Numbered from the whole stretch's first letter, positions 1 to 10,064 are shown. The stretch: 61,074 bases of DNA, filler included, from a bacterium (GCA_024278215.1; 6 parts of 6 records of this genome joined end to end with filler, not necessarily neighbours in it); one strand, 5' to 3'. A program made the numbers and translations. The notes: generated by a model from the letters alone, not told the origin.

Positions 1-1733
1 AGCACGATGTCGGTGCCGCGCCCCGCCATGTTGGTAGCGATAGTAACCTGTCCCTTGCGGCCCGCTTCCGCTACTATTTCCGCTTCACGCTCGTGATGTT
101 TAGCATTGAGAACATTATGAGAGACTCCTTTTCGCAACAGCATCTGGCTGAGCAGTTCGGACTTCTCGACCGATACGGTGCCTACCAGGACCGGCTGGTT
201 GCGTTTGTGGCATTCGACAATATTTTCGACGACAGCTTTATATTTCGCCTTTTGCGTTTTATATATCACATCGGGATAATCGATTCGCGCAAGCGGCAGG
301 TTGGTTGGAATGACCACAACGTCGAGACCGTAAATCTTTGAGAACTCATCTTCCTCTGTTTTCGCTGTTCCGGTCATGCCGGCAAGTTTATCGTACATGC
401 GGAAGTAGTTCTGAAAAGTGATGGAAGCGAGAGTCTGGCTCTCGTGCTCGATTTTTACGCCTTCCTTGGCTTCGATAGACTGGTGGAGCCCCTCGCTGTA
501 GCGCCGCCCGTACATGAGCCGCCCGGTGAATTCATCGACAATGATCACCTGGCCGTCCTTCACTATGTAGTCGCGGTCAGATTTGAAAAGCGTGTATGCT
601 TTAACAGAACTGGCGATGGTGCTGATGATTTCGTTGTAGTGCTGCAACTTCTGATGGTCGCGTTCGGTGGCGGTGGTGGGGTCGAAGTTCTGGCCCCAGT
701 CATAGAGGTCGGGCATATTCAGTTGTTTCGCTATATACTCCTGGCCTTCTTCCGTAAGATTTGCCGTGTGTTCTTTTTCATCAAACTCATAGAGCTCCTC
801 GTTGCCCATGAGTTTTCCGACAGCTTTGTTGACCCTGTAGTATATGCTTACGTCCTGCTCGGCCTGCCCGGAAATAATCAGCGGTGTGCGGGCTTCGTCC
901 ACGAGGATGCTGTCCACTTCGTCGACAATGGCGTAATTGTGTTCGCGCTGTACCATGTGTTCGCGCCTCAGCACCATGTTGTCGCGCAGGTAATCGAATC
1001 CGAATTCATTGTTCGTGCCGTAAGTAATATCGCAGTTGTACGCCTCGCGCCGCTTTACACTGTCCATATCATGCTGGATTACTCCGATGGATAGTCCGAG
1101 CGATTTGTAGATCGAGCCCATCCAGTTACTGTCGCGTTTGGCAAGGTAATCGTTGACTGTGACTACATGCACGCCCTTGCCGCTGAGTGCGTTAAGATAG
1201 ACGGGCATGGTCGATGAAAGAGTTTTTCCTTCACCGGTTTTCATCTCAGCGATATTGCCTTCGTGCAGCACAATGCCGCCTGTGATCTGCACATCGAACG
1301 GTCGCATCCGTGTGCCCCTGACGTCGAGCGCGCGCAATTTGTGGTAAAAGGACGCGGGCAATAGTATGTCTTCTATTTTTTCTCCTTCATTGAGTCTGGC
1401 CTTCACCTCGTGGATGGTTTTCTTTACGTCTTCGTCGCTGATCAGCCTTTTGATCTTGTCGTTCTCCCAGAAAAAAACCGAGCAGTTACCGCCGGGATTG
1501 CAGTGTCTGTCCGCCGCCTCGCGGCAAACCGCGAACGCTTCAGGCAACAGCGAGTCGAGACTTTCGCCCTGTTCGATCCGCTGCCTGAACTCGCCGGTCT
1601 TTTCCCTCAGCGCTTTATCGTCCAGTGAGGCCATCTCATCACTGTGGACATTGACGCGCTGTACTATCTTATCGATTCTGGCAAGCACTTTTTTATTTTC
1701 ATCGAAAAACATCTGAAGGAATTTCTTGATCAT
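1..1733 (-). CDS. secA: Preprotein translocase ATPase SecA, N-terminal part (continues beyond the window start)
   Basis: Manual translation from ATG at 1733 ([15 protein letters not shown]...) gives [64 protein letters not shown] and [13 protein letters not shown]. Absent from the ORF track because there is no stop inside the window. Confidence 0.98.
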   Translation of the reverse strand, partial: MIKKFLQMFFDENKKVLARIDKIVQRVNVHSDEMASLDDKALREKTGEFRQRIEQGESLDSLLPEAFAVCREAADRHCNPGGNCSVFFWENDKIKRLISDEDVKKTIHEVKARLNEGEKIEDILLPASFYHKLRALDVRGTRMRPFDVQITGGIVLHEGNIAEMKTGEGKTLSSTMPVYLNALSGKGVHVVTVNDYLAKRDSNWMGSIYKSLGLSIGVIQHDMDSVKRREAYNCDITYGTNNEFGFDYLRDNMVLRREHMVQREHNYAIVDEVDSILVDEARTPLIISGQAEQDVSIYYRVNKAVGKLMGNEELYEFDEKEHTANLTEEGQEYIAKQLNMPDLYDWGQNFDPTTATERDHQKLQHYNEIISTIASSVKAYTLFKSDRDYIVKDGQVIIVDEFTGRLMYGRRYSEGLHQSIEAKEGVKIEHESQTLASITFQNYFRMYDKLAGMTGTAKTEEDEFSKIYGLDVVVIPTNLPLARIDYPDVIYKTQKAKYKAVVENIVECHKRNQPVLVGTVSVEKSELLSQMLLRKGVSHNVLNAKHHEREAEIVAEAGRKGQVTIATNMAGRGTDIV

Positions 1734-1915
1734 AATTATCTGTTCCCTGTTTACATGTCATTGCGCGTGGAAAACAGATACGGGTACCACCCGGAAACGG
1801 CGTTGCCCGCCACTGTTGTCTGCATATTCCCGCTGCAAAATACCATAACCCTTTTTTGTCGCACACCTTTTGCGCGGCGAATGCAATGTTTGTATTGCCG
1901 ACCGCTTCAGTCTTG

Positions 1916-1950
1916 TTTTAACCCGCATTTGTGAAATATGCGGGTTAAAA
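1916..1950. repeat. Stand-alone REP-like palindrome (AACCCGCAT-ATTTCACAA-ATGCGGGTT family)
   Basis: ttttaacccgcattt-gtg-aaatatgcgggttaaaa. Near-identical copies at 43544-43570, 18028-18055, 25166-25193 and 35014-35042. Confidence 0.8.
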
Positions 1951-2107
1951 GCATTCTCCATCCTGAATTTTCAGTTTATTCTATATCAACGGTCACGCCG
2001 AATTCAATGTTGCACAACTGCCTGTATTATAATATTAAGTTATGAACGGAAAAATGTTCGGAAACAAAGTTTTCTGTAACTGTCCCAACTTATACTCAGT
2101 CGAATTA

Positions 2108-2956
2108 TTACAATACATCATCATTGTTTCGTTCCAGGAAATCACACACGACTTCATTGAAATCGGCAGGTTTTTCATTCATAGGCGAATGCCTTGTTCC
2201 CTTTATTATCACTGTCTCAACGCCGGGATATTTTCCTGCGACAGCGCGGGCGTCTCTCCCGGTAAACATCATGTCGCGATCACCATACACCAGCAAGGCA
2301 GGCAGTCCTTCCACCGGCATATCAGACAGTTCCCAGCGCATCACCGACGACATCAACGCACTCGTCACAGCCAGGTCCGATTTATCAACATGCCTGTTTC
2401 TCTGTGACAGCAGACGACGGGTCGCCCCGGTCACATTCTTCGAGCTCATATTCAATGTGAGCGTGTAGAAATTCAACAACGCTTCATTCTCAATAAGCGG
2501 TGCCGCAACAGGCAACAGTAAAGAAAGTAATGGAACAAGCGGCTTAAGCAGAATATTCGAGCCCAGCATCACAGGCGTCGAAACAGCAATTATCGCTTCT
2601 ATCCGCTGCGGGTAACGGGAAAGCATGTCGAATGCGATTATGCCGCCGAATGAATGGCCTGCGACTATGAACGAGGCATCCGCTCCGAGTTCGGCATTCG
2701 CCACGGCAAGAACGTCGTCCGCCGCGTCGGCTATAGTGACATTGCGCGGATCATCCGCCGTAGACCTGCCGCAACCGCGAATATCCGGCGCTATGCAAGT
2801 GTACCTGTCTGAGAATTCCTCAAACTGGAATCCGAAATCGATGCTGTTGGACATAATGCCGTGTATCATCACCAGTGCCGGGCCTGCCCCGGACTTCAGA
2901 TACGAAATCTTCGCGCCGGGCACATTCAGTTCTTTTGTTTCCGCAAAGTCAGTCAT
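2108..2956 (-). CDS. Alpha/beta fold hydrolase
   Basis: HG oxyanion motif (MIHGIM), DIRGCGRS, nucleophile elbow GHSFGG, YGDRD and a C-terminal His (TRHSP). Confidence 0.9.
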   Translation of the reverse strand: MTDFAETKELNVPGAKISYLKSGAGPALVMIHGIMSNSIDFGFQFEEFSDRYTCIAPDIRGCGRSTADDPRNVTIADAADDVLAVANAELGADASFIVAGHSFGGIIAFDMLSRYPQRIEAIIAVSTPVMLGSNILLKPLVPLLSLLLPVAAPLIENEALLNFYTLTLNMSSKNVTGATRRLLSQRNRHVDKSDLAVTSALMSSVMRWELSDMPVEGLPALLVYGDRDMMFTGRDARAVAGKYPGVETVIIKGTRHSPMNEKPADFNEVVCDFLERNNDDVL

Positions 2957-3004
2957 AATAATTTCCGGTGCAACTTACCCGGCTTCAACCCGGTCGAGCG
3001 GCAT

Positions 3005-3505
3005 TCACACTTCTCCGTTTATAATCAACTGTGCCATCCGGTCGATTGTGCGGAATTCTTTTTCCATACTTTTTTTGAACCCGGACGCCATAGTTTTCTC
3101 AATCGCATCGCCGATGAAAGGAACTTTCACTTTGATAGTGCAATCGATGTTCCGTTCAGTTTTGCCGCCTTTAGACTTATAGCTTGTGATACCCTTCCAC
3201 ACAAGCTTCTTTTTCGCCTTTGACTTCATTTCCCATTCCACCTGTTTCTTTTCCTTGTCCCACACTGCTGTCTCGACAAAGCTGAACATGTCGGGCGGAA
3301 GCATCTTACGCACGGCGGCAGGCGTTTTCGACATATCGACATCGAACGGCCTTGTGGTTTTTACTGTCTTGTCGTCTTCGTCGACTTCGGTAAAGTTCAG
3401 CTTCTTGAGTCCGTCGATCCTGTCGATATGATCGTATCGTTCGTCTTTCGCCCGCAGCACGATATCCAGCGGCGCGTCAAATTCCTGGGTCATCTTTACT
3501 CTCAT
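3005..3505 (-). CDS. DUF2505/SRPBCC-like protein
   Basis: 166 aa; C-terminal IKVKVPFIGDAIEK pattern typical of DUF2505; good RBS (GGGAGG). Confidence 0.6.
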   Translation of the reverse strand: MRVKMTQEFDAPLDIVLRAKDERYDHIDRIDGLKKLNFTEVDEDDKTVKTTRPFDVDMSKTPAAVRKMLPPDMFSFVETAVWDKEKKQVEWEMKSKAKKKLVWKGITSYKSKGGKTERNIDCTIKVKVPFIGDAIEKTMASGFKKSMEKEFRTIDRMAQLIINGEV

Positions 3506-3623
3506 TTTTCATCCTCCCGAATAGCGTTTCGGTGCCCCGTCCCTGCAACATCATTGCCGGTATGCAGCACACGTTCCGCCTGTGACCGGCCCTGTAATGC
3601 TTCATATTCCCCGGTCGCGCACA

Positions 3624-3851
3624 TCATACTTCAGGCATGAACGGCTCTGTCACATCCGGTTCGTCGATGAGTTTGTTTATGCGCAGTTCCGCCTCATCAA
3701 GTGTTTTTCGGCAGTCTTTGATAAGCTTCATGCCTTCCTCGAACTGCCTGATAGTGTCTTCGAGGCCGAGTTCGCCCTTTTCCACTTTTTCTACTATACC
3801 TTCGAGTTTTTCGAGTTTTTCTTCAAACGCCGGTTCTTTTTTCTTTGCCAT
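3624..3851 (-). CDS. xseB: Exodeoxyribonuclease VII small subunit
   Basis: FEEKLEKLEGIVEKVEKGELGLEDTIRQFEEGMKL; lies downstream of xseA. Confidence 0.95.
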   Translation of the reverse strand: MAKKKEPAFEEKLEKLEGIVEKVEKGELGLEDTIRQFEEGMKLIKDCRKTLDEAELRINKLIDEPDVTEPFMPEV

Positions 3852-3961
3852 TTGTCACCATTCAGTAAAAGTTAGATTTGCAAAAAGTGTTTTTGCTTCG
3901 AGACGCCGCGAGCCGACATATTATGGAATCAGCGCGCGGGTTTTCACGGGCCGCGTGGTTT

Positions 3962-5260
3962 TTAATCGAAATCCAGCGCGCCCTGCGATTCATTCGCCTT
4001 GAGGTCGGCCCTTGTGAGTATATCGCCGTCGCCGAGTGAAACATTCAGCAGTTGGCCGTTCTTTACAGATTTTACAGACCTTATGATTTTTCCGGTCCGC
4101 GCGTCGCGCGTCACGGAATAGCCTCTTTGCAACACTCGCTTCGGGTCCAGTCCGTTCAATTGCTTGCCGAGCGACTCGATACGTTCGCGCAGTGATCTGC
4201 AATCATACACCAACTGCTTTTTCGCCACATTCATGAGGTCGTCGAGATACTGCCTTTTCCGGTCGATCTCGTCCAGCAGCCGCCTGTAAGATACCGTGGC
4301 GGAGACAGTATCTATACGGGTATTGAAATAGCGTATAGAGTCCTTTGTGATGCGAAGCAGCCTGTTTTCGACGTTGTTGAGACCTGCGACAAGTTCGGTG
4401 AGGTCGGGTACGGACACTTCCGCCGCCGCGGATGGAGTCGGCGCGCGCAGGTCGGACACGAAATCGGCAATCGTGAAATCCGTCTCATGCCCGACACCGG
4501 ATATAATCGGCACCGTACATGCCGCGATGTCGCGCGCGAGCGACTCGTCGTTGAAACCCCACAGGTCTTCTATCGAGCCGCCGCCGCGAACTATCAGAAT
4601 AGTGTCGAGGCGCGGCAGTTGCGCTGCCTTGGCGAGTGCTGCCCGAATACTCGCGGGCGCGGCGTCGCCCTGCACCACCGCCGGCGCTATCGTCACTTCG
4701 ACAGCCGGGTAACGCCGCGAGATAACATTTATGACATCACGCACCGCGGCTCCCGTCGGCGATGTGACAACCGCTATCCTTTTCGGGAACTTCGGTATCT
4801 CACTCTTGCGTTCACTATCGAACAAACCCTCGGCGGCAAGTTTCTTTTTCAGTTTCTCGAATTCGAGGAACAGCGCGCCCATACCGGCCGGCTGCATATA
4901 CCTGATGTATAGCTGATATTCGCCCCGCTTCTCATAAACGCTCACGCTGCCGTAGGCCAGCACCTCGGCGCCCGCCTTCGGCTTCTCGCGCAGTGTTCCC
5001 GCGAAACGACTGAACATCACACACCGAATTTGCGCGTTCTTATCCTTCAGCGAAAAGTACATGTGGCCGGAAGCATGATGCGTGAAGTTTGATATTTCGC
5101 CCTTTATCCAGACATCGTTGAGTCCTGGATCAGACTCGATATTTCTCTTCACATGCCTGTTGACGTCAGTGACAGTGAGAACATTTTCCGGTTCTGAGCC
5201 GGCTGCTGATTTCCGGTTGGAATAATCCATTTTATATCTGTGATTTTCTGTGTAAAACAA
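3962..5260 (-). CDS. xseA: Exodeoxyribonuclease VII large subunit (start may be 5230)
   Basis: GEISNF...SGHMYFSLKD, VVTSPTGAAVRD, RGGGSIEDLWGFN, GVGHETDFTIADFVSDLRAPTPSAAAE, LQRGYS. Confidence 0.98.
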   Translation of the reverse strand: MFYTENHRYKMDYSNRKSAAGSEPENVLTVTDVNRHVKRNIESDPGLNDVWIKGEISNFTHHASGHMYFSLKDKNAQIRCVMFSRFAGTLREKPKAGAEVLAYGSVSVYEKRGEYQLYIRYMQPAGMGALFLEFEKLKKKLAAEGLFDSERKSEIPKFPKRIAVVTSPTGAAVRDVINVISRRYPAVEVTIAPAVVQGDAAPASIRAALAKAAQLPRLDTILIVRGGGSIEDLWGFNDESLARDIAACTVPIISGVGHETDFTIADFVSDLRAPTPSAAAEVSVPDLTELVAGLNNVENRLLRITKDSIRYFNTRIDTVSATVSYRRLLDEIDRKRQYLDDLMNVAKKQLVYDCRSLRERIESLGKQLNGLDPKRVLQRGYSVTRDARTGKIIRSVKSVKNGQLLNVSLGDGDILTRADLKANESQGALDFD

Positions 5261-5311
5261 TTTCGGAACACGTTATTACGATCCGGGGGCCGACGGAATA
5301 TCTATCCGGTT

Positions 5312-5758
5312 TCAACTTTCGGCGTTGCCGACCGGCATATCTTCATCCGAACAAACGCCCGGCTCCTCGCGGCAGAACTTTCCAAGGATACCGTTGATAA
5401 ACTTCGCCGCGTGTTCCATTCCGTATCTTTTAGCGAGTCGGACCGCTTCGTTTATCGACACACTTATCGGAATGTCGTCCGCGAAAAGAATTTCACCCAC
5501 GGCAAGCCTCAGAATCGAACGATCGACCTTGCCGAGCCTGTGCAGGTCCCAGTCGATGGAATATCTGCGGATGATTTCATCAATCTTTTCCTGGTTGATC
5601 ATCACATAATTCACGACACGTTCGAGATATAACTGATCGCGCTCGGCGAGTCCTTCCTCGAGCGCCCGCTCGCGCATAACATGCTCGAGGCCGTCTTTGC
5701 CTGTATCAAGTTGAAAAAGGGATTGCATGGCCACGAGACGCGCCTTGTTGCGAGACAT
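5312..5758 (-). CDS. nusB: Transcription antitermination factor NusB
   Basis: MSRNKARLVAMQSLFQ, DRSILRLA, SINEAVRLAKRYG, KFINGIL. Confidence 0.97.
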   Translation of the reverse strand: MSRNKARLVAMQSLFQLDTGKDGLEHVMRERALEEGLAERDQLYLERVVNYVMINQEKIDEIIRRYSIDWDLHRLGKVDRSILRLAVGEILFADDIPISVSINEAVRLAKRYGMEHAAKFINGILGKFCREEPGVCSDEDMPVGNAES

Positions 5759-5764
5759 ATTGAA

Positions 5765-5971
5765 TTACTTCCCAAAATAATTATTTAATATCCTTTTGAT
5801 AATCTCCGGATCATCGACTGCGTATCCGATAAAGAAACCCAGCACGGCGAGAAATATTACAAACAGCGTCTTGAAAAAACCAAGCGTCAGGAACAGGACT
5901 CCGAAAACGGCGAAAACTATTGCCATAAATATTTTCCCGATATTATTTTTCATAAAATCGTTCCGGTTCAT
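5765..5971 (-). CDS. DUF2273 small integral membrane protein
   Basis: LFLTLGFFKTLFVIFLAVLGFFIG pattern; canonical position between amaP and nusB. Start trimmed to the ATG right after the amaP stop. Confidence 0.85.
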   Translation of the reverse strand: MNRNDFMKNNIGKIFMAIVFAVFGVLFLTLGFFKTLFVIFLAVLGFFIGYAVDDPEIIKRILNNYFGK

Positions 5972-5972
5972 A

Positions 5973-6539
5973 TCAGTCCGGTTTCTCCAGCCCGGTCGGT
6001 TCCGGGACCACCGCTCCGGCGGCGGCTGAAGCCTGGATGTCAAGCGCGTCTATTGTTATTCCGAGACTCTCGCTGAAATAGTTTCTTATTTTTCTGTTCA
6101 GTTCGACGCTGTAGTCCTTCAGATTGGTGTTTGCCATGTCGACTTCAATTTTCAGAGCGATGCGCAGAGCGTCATTCTGCGGTTTGACATTCAGCGCCTC
6201 GACAACCGCCTGCGGAAGCATCCCGCCCGCGATGTCCTCGATGAGCTTTCTGATAGTCGCGCCGGAGACAGAGAGGGTCCCCTCGCTGTCGCGCCGGATA
6301 ACATAAGTTTTGTCGCCTTTCGACGCGGCGAAAAGTATGCGCAGGAAAAAAAGAAAAACGACAAAAAGCGCGACCGCGCCGATTGCGACTCTGCCTGTCG
6401 TCGTCTCGAGCAGGGTGTTCGCTTCCGACATTGCATAATAAAAAACGTCGGGTTCGATAACGACATATATTACGCCGCACGCGGCGCATAAAACCGCGAG
6501 ATCGAAAAGAAGGCTTATTAGTGATGAAAGAACCTTCAT
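5973..6539 (-). CDS. amaP: Alkaline shock response membrane anchor protein AmaP-like
   Basis: Two N-terminal TM helices, then EGTLSVSGATIRKLI and an Asp23-like C-terminal domain; syntenic with asp23 and DUF2273. Confidence 0.75.
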   Translation of the reverse strand: MKVLSSLISLLFDLAVLCAACGVIYVVIEPDVFYYAMSEANTLLETTTGRVAIGAVALFVVFLFFLRILFAASKGDKTYVIRRDSEGTLSVSGATIRKLIEDIAGGMLPQAVVEALNVKPQNDALRIALKIEVDMANTNLKDYSVELNRKIRNYFSESLGITIDALDIQASAAAGAVVPEPTGLEKPD

Positions 6540-6926
6540 TTAATCCTCTGTTTTCGGGGCGACCAGGAGATTCTCGGGCAGCCTGATGTCGGCAATGTGA
6601 ATATTCACGCCGCTGACAGCTTTTCCAGTGATCGACTCGATCTTCGTTTTGACAATTTCCTGAGCCTTTCGCGCAACGTCGGTAACTTTGACATCGTAGT
6701 CGATTATAATATCGAGATCGATTGAGAAAGAATCGTTTTCATTATCCCTGTCGACCCTGATGCCTGCCGAGAACTTCTTCTTTCCGGTCGTCGCCTGCCT
6801 GATGTCCTCGAAAAGGCCACCTTTCATTCCGGCTATTCCGGGTATCTCGCTTACCGCTATCCCCGCTATTGTGCCGATAACTTCGTCCGATATTTCTATC
6901 CTGCCGATTTCAGCGTCTGTCGCCAT
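6540..6926 (-). CDS. Asp23/Gls24 family envelope stress response protein
   Basis: GRIEISDEVIGTIAGIA...IPGIAGM, VARKAQEIVKTKIESITG...VNIHIADI. Confidence 0.93.
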   Translation of the reverse strand: MATDAEIGRIEISDEVIGTIAGIAVSEIPGIAGMKGGLFEDIRQATTGKKKFSAGIRVDRDNENDSFSIDLDIIIDYDVKVTDVARKAQEIVKTKIESITGKAVSGVNIHIADIRLPENLLVAPKTED

Positions 6927-6979
6927 TGCCGTCCTCCGATCAATTACACATCACAACATCTGATGAAAACCTGTATATA

Positions 6980-6988
6980 ATTATAACA
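6980..6988 (-). promoter_or_regulatory. Putative extended -10 promoter for the asp23 operon
   Basis: TGTTATAAT on the minus strand about 55 nt upstream of the asp23 start; no good -35. Confidence 0.35.
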
Positions 6989-7018
6989 TGACATCCTTTG
7001 AATCTACCGCCGGGACTG

Positions 7019-7588
7019 CTATTTGTTCGCGCGTTCTATATACCTGTTGGCCCGTGTGTCGATGCGGATAACTTCGCCGCTCTCGATGAACAGGGGAACC
7101 TGCACGACCGCGCCGGTTACGAGTTCGGCGTTCTTCGTAGCGCCCGAAACAGTGTTTCCCTTCTCGCCGGGTTCCGTATACTTGATCTCTATTTCCATGT
7201 GCTGCGGCAGCTCGATGCCGAGTATCTCATCGCCATTGAACTGAACATCTATCGTCATATTTTCAAGCAGATAATTGACCCTTTCGCCGAGCATATCCTT
7301 ACTTATGCTCACCTGTTCATAAGTTTTCTGATCCATGAACACGTAATCGTCGCCGTCCTGATAAAGATACTCCATTTTACGTTGATCGAGACGCAGTTGC
7401 TCGACTTTCTCACCGGCCCTGAACGTTTTATCGACAACAGCGCCGGTGCGCACATTTCGTATCTTCGTCCTTACGAACGCGGGCCCTTTCCCCGGTTTCA
7501 CATGCTGGAATTCAATGACCTGCTGAATCTCGCCATCATATTTGAAATACATGCCGTTCCTGAAATCATTAGTTGTTATCAAGCGCAT
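7019..7588 (-). CDS. efp: Elongation factor P (start ATG 7588 or TTG 7582)
   Basis: FQHVKPGKGPAFVRTK, TEPGEKGNT, VQVPLFI...IDTR; GGGAGG RBS at 7591-7596. Confidence 0.98.
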   Translation of the reverse strand: MRLITTNDFRNGMYFKYDGEIQQVIEFQHVKPGKGPAFVRTKIRNVRTGAVVDKTFRAGEKVEQLRLDQRKMEYLYQDGDDYVFMDQKTYEQVSISKDMLGERVNYLLENMTIDVQFNGDEILGIELPQHMEIEIKYTEPGEKGNTVSGATKNAELVTGAVVQVPLFIESGEVIRIDTRANRYIERANK

Positions 7589-7736
7589 ATCCTCCCATAA
7601 AGACCATATTACAATAGTTACCAATTATATAAGTTAACGTATTTTATGATTTTTGGGAAGGATTAAAGATTCTTAAGGGCAATTTCCCGACAATAGTATT
7701 GGCGCGAAAAACTTTTTTCGTGAAAGCGGATGTCAA

Positions 7737-7858
7737 GTGGAGATGAAAAATCCTCGCAGGAGTACTTGTAGAGTACGTCGAGGACGATTTCGCGCCGACA
7801 ACACAGCTATGGACAATAGCAGCCGACCGCAGCCGAATCAGAATTTTGCAATTGGCTC
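7737..7858 (+). mobile_element. Family A MITE-like repeat, truncated copy
   Basis: Matches the right two-thirds of the full copy at 17850-18027 and ends in ATTTTGCAATTGGCTC. Confidence 0.85.
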
Positions 7859-7923
7859 GGCAAGCGCCCCTATTTTACACGCCGCATCAGGGGCGACCGC
7901 GGTCCGGAATACGGTGCAGGTCT

Positions 7924-9744
7924 CTATACATAGCCAAGGTCTTCGAGTCGTTTTTTTATCTCGCGCATCTCTTCGTCGTCCGGTTTTGTTTCAAACTCAT
8001 CTACCGGTATCGTAAAGTCCCGCGGTATTTCGGCGAAGAGCGCACTTTCGAGTTCTCCGGCATGCCTGTTGTTTCGCGTGTGTATGTTGTTCAATTCGCG
8101 CTCGTCATCGCGGAGATTGAAAAGTTGCCGTGTGTTGTTTTGCAGGTCGGCGATAAGTTTGAAGTCATTATGAATTACGTACGCGAGCAAACCCTCGAAT
8201 CCTGTCATGCTGAATATCATGTCGTCGAAAAGTGGTTTCGCCGGTTCGTTTCCGGTTTCGATGCACCTGAGGAGCGGCAGGAGATTTTTCAGATTGAATC
8301 TCCTGCCCTGGCCGTCGCGCACCAGGTCCCGCGCTATCCCGCGATGTGATGGAGGCGCTTTAATCATTATCGGGACATTCAACGTCTCATTGTAAAGAGA
8401 GTGTCCGTGCCTGGGGTAGCGCAGGCGGCCGCGCTCGCGCAGTTCTTCACCATGGTCGGAGAAGAAGACAACTATGGTTTTTTCCAGCAAACGGTGTATC
8501 TGTAATATTTTTATTATTTGTCCGAAATACAAGTCCGCCGTATATACGGCGCTGTTGTAAACAGACAACTCTTCCGTGAAATCACGAGAATATACAGGGT
8601 CGACCAGGCCGCCCCGTGGCGCGAATTTTTCTATCTGCTCGACAGTCACCGACGCCTCGGGCAGACTCACATAAGGCTGATGGGTGTCCATACAGTGGAT
8701 GTACATGAAAAACGGCGTGTCGCCCAGCTTTGCAAAATATTCGTTCGCGAGAACATTGAACTGCTCGCCGCGCCAACCTCCTTTCGGGATGCTGTCGTGA
8801 TAGCCTCTGCCGTATCCCAGCCTCGACACGAGCCAGTAATTCGCGTTCAGAAAGATTTTCAGTTTATTGAAACATGACAGGTTATATGTCGCGGAAACGA
8901 ATTTCCTGTTGGGCAATTTGTAGCGGTTTTCCGTGTCGGTCGATGAAACTTCCTTCAGTACACAGTGCTCCCATGGCTGAAGGCCGGAGATAATGCTTGC
9001 GATGACAGTCGGCGTCCATGTGGAAGGCGACACTCCGTCCAGAATAATTCCGTCTTCGAAGAAAGCGTCTATTTCCGGCGTGGGGCAGAACCGCGGGGGT
9101 GATCCGTAGAGCCCGACCCTGTCCCTTCTCAGCGAATCCTGACAGATCAGCAGTACATTAAGCGGTTCGTCGTCTCTGCCCGGCAGAACGTAAAAGTGTG
9201 GTTGTTTTATCCGGCGGACCACCTGGCGATAATACTTATCTTCCGGCGCTGTTCCCGAATGATTTCGTATCGTCACAAAATCATCAGTATCTTGCGGCAC
9301 ATGATTTTCCGGTGGATTGTATCCGAGAATAATATGTGTTTCTTCCCTGTCGAGGATTTCAGTCATGTCGGCGCGCTTGAGGGCTTCGGCAAGCAGCGCG
9401 ACATATTTTTCCGTGATTATTATTCGATGTAAATCATTGATCTTCGCCTGGAGCTGTTTCAGCAGGTATCCCAGGCCGACGCCAAGCAGCAACACGTTCT
9501 TCCGGCCGCCTATCAACCGCAGTTTTCCGGCTGCCGCTCTTTCCGGATCGATCCTGCTCTCTATATATTTCCTCCCGCCGCTTTCTGTGACCACATAAGC
9601 GGTTTCATCTCCCGCTTCGCTTTTTTCAATGCAAATTCTATCCCTGTCGTTTTCGTTCACATTTACGACGAGATACGCGATGACCGGGAATCGCCTCTCG
9701 AGCACTTCCAGATTTTTTTTGAACAGGTTGTTTTCCGGTTTCAT
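7924..9744 (-). CDS. Fusion of a Maf (motility-associated factor)-like N-terminal domain and a sulfatase-like AlkP-superfamily domain
   Basis: N-terminal NLFKKNLEVL...YIESRIDPERAA...LLLGVGLGYL. C-terminal QDSLRRD, STWTPTVIASIISG (Thr at the nucleophile position), DTHQPY, SDHGE, HGHSLYNE, LFNLRDDERELNN, tail KRLEDLGYV. Confidence 0.8.
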   Translation of the reverse strand: MKPENNLFKKNLEVLERRFPVIAYLVVNVNENDRDRICIEKSEAGDETAYVVTESGGRKYIESRIDPERAAAGKLRLIGGRKNVLLLGVGLGYLLKQLQAKINDLHRIIITEKYVALLAEALKRADMTEILDREETHIILGYNPPENHVPQDTDDFVTIRNHSGTAPEDKYYRQVVRRIKQPHFYVLPGRDDEPLNVLLICQDSLRRDRVGLYGSPPRFCPTPEIDAFFEDGIILDGVSPSTWTPTVIASIISGLQPWEHCVLKEVSSTDTENRYKLPNRKFVSATYNLSCFNKLKIFLNANYWLVSRLGYGRGYHDSIPKGGWRGEQFNVLANEYFAKLGDTPFFMYIHCMDTHQPYVSLPEASVTVEQIEKFAPRGGLVDPVYSRDFTEELSVYNSAVYTADLYFGQIIKILQIHRLLEKTIVVFFSDHGEELRERGRLRYPRHGHSLYNETLNVPIMIKAPPSHRGIARDLVRDGQGRRFNLKNLLPLLRCIETGNEPAKPLFDDMIFSMTGFEGLLAYVIHNDFKLIADLQNNTRQLFNLRDDERELNNIHTRNNRHAGELESALFAEIPRDFTIPVDEFETKPDDEEMREIKKRLEDLGYV

Positions 9745-9820
9745 TTTTCCTCTGTTTTTTTAGATGCCGGAACTATGTGTTTTCAAGAATAATCGTGTGT
9801 GCCATGCACAAAATTCTTTC

Positions 9821-10016
9821 GTATCCGTTCACAAGTAACTGTTCGCAACGGTACATCTGAAATTCCTGGGATGCAACGACTGTGTCGTTGCAACTGTGAA
9901 AAAGTCGCATTTCGCAAAAACTGACGTTTTTGCATCCCAGGATTTTCTGTTATCGCCGTTATACTCAAAATCCGTGGTTTGTCATTCTGAGCGAAGCGAA
10001 GCATCTACAGGTGTTT
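9821..10016 (+). repeat. Family D intergenic element, copy 1, including a GTCATTCTGAGCGAAGCGAAG REP-like motif
   Basis: High identity by eye to 23683-23900; internal palindrome TGCAACGAC-tgt-GTCGTTGCA. Confidence 0.85.
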
Positions 10017-10064
10017 GAGCCGATTGCAGTCGACCGCAGCCGAATCAGAATATTGCAGGCGCTC
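10017..10064 (+). mobile_element. Family A mini-derivative (internal deletion)
   Basis: GAGCCGATTGCA joined directly to GTCGACCGCAGCCGAATCAGAATATTGCA...GCTC. Confidence 0.6.

Noticed and set aside
1308-1505. SecA insertion as an intein
   Set aside because: Only about 63 aa, with no C-terminal His-Asn followed by Cys/Ser/Thr.
93-1716. Plus-strand ORFs 93-341, 444-1094, 1366-1716
   Set aside because: Antisense shadows of secA.
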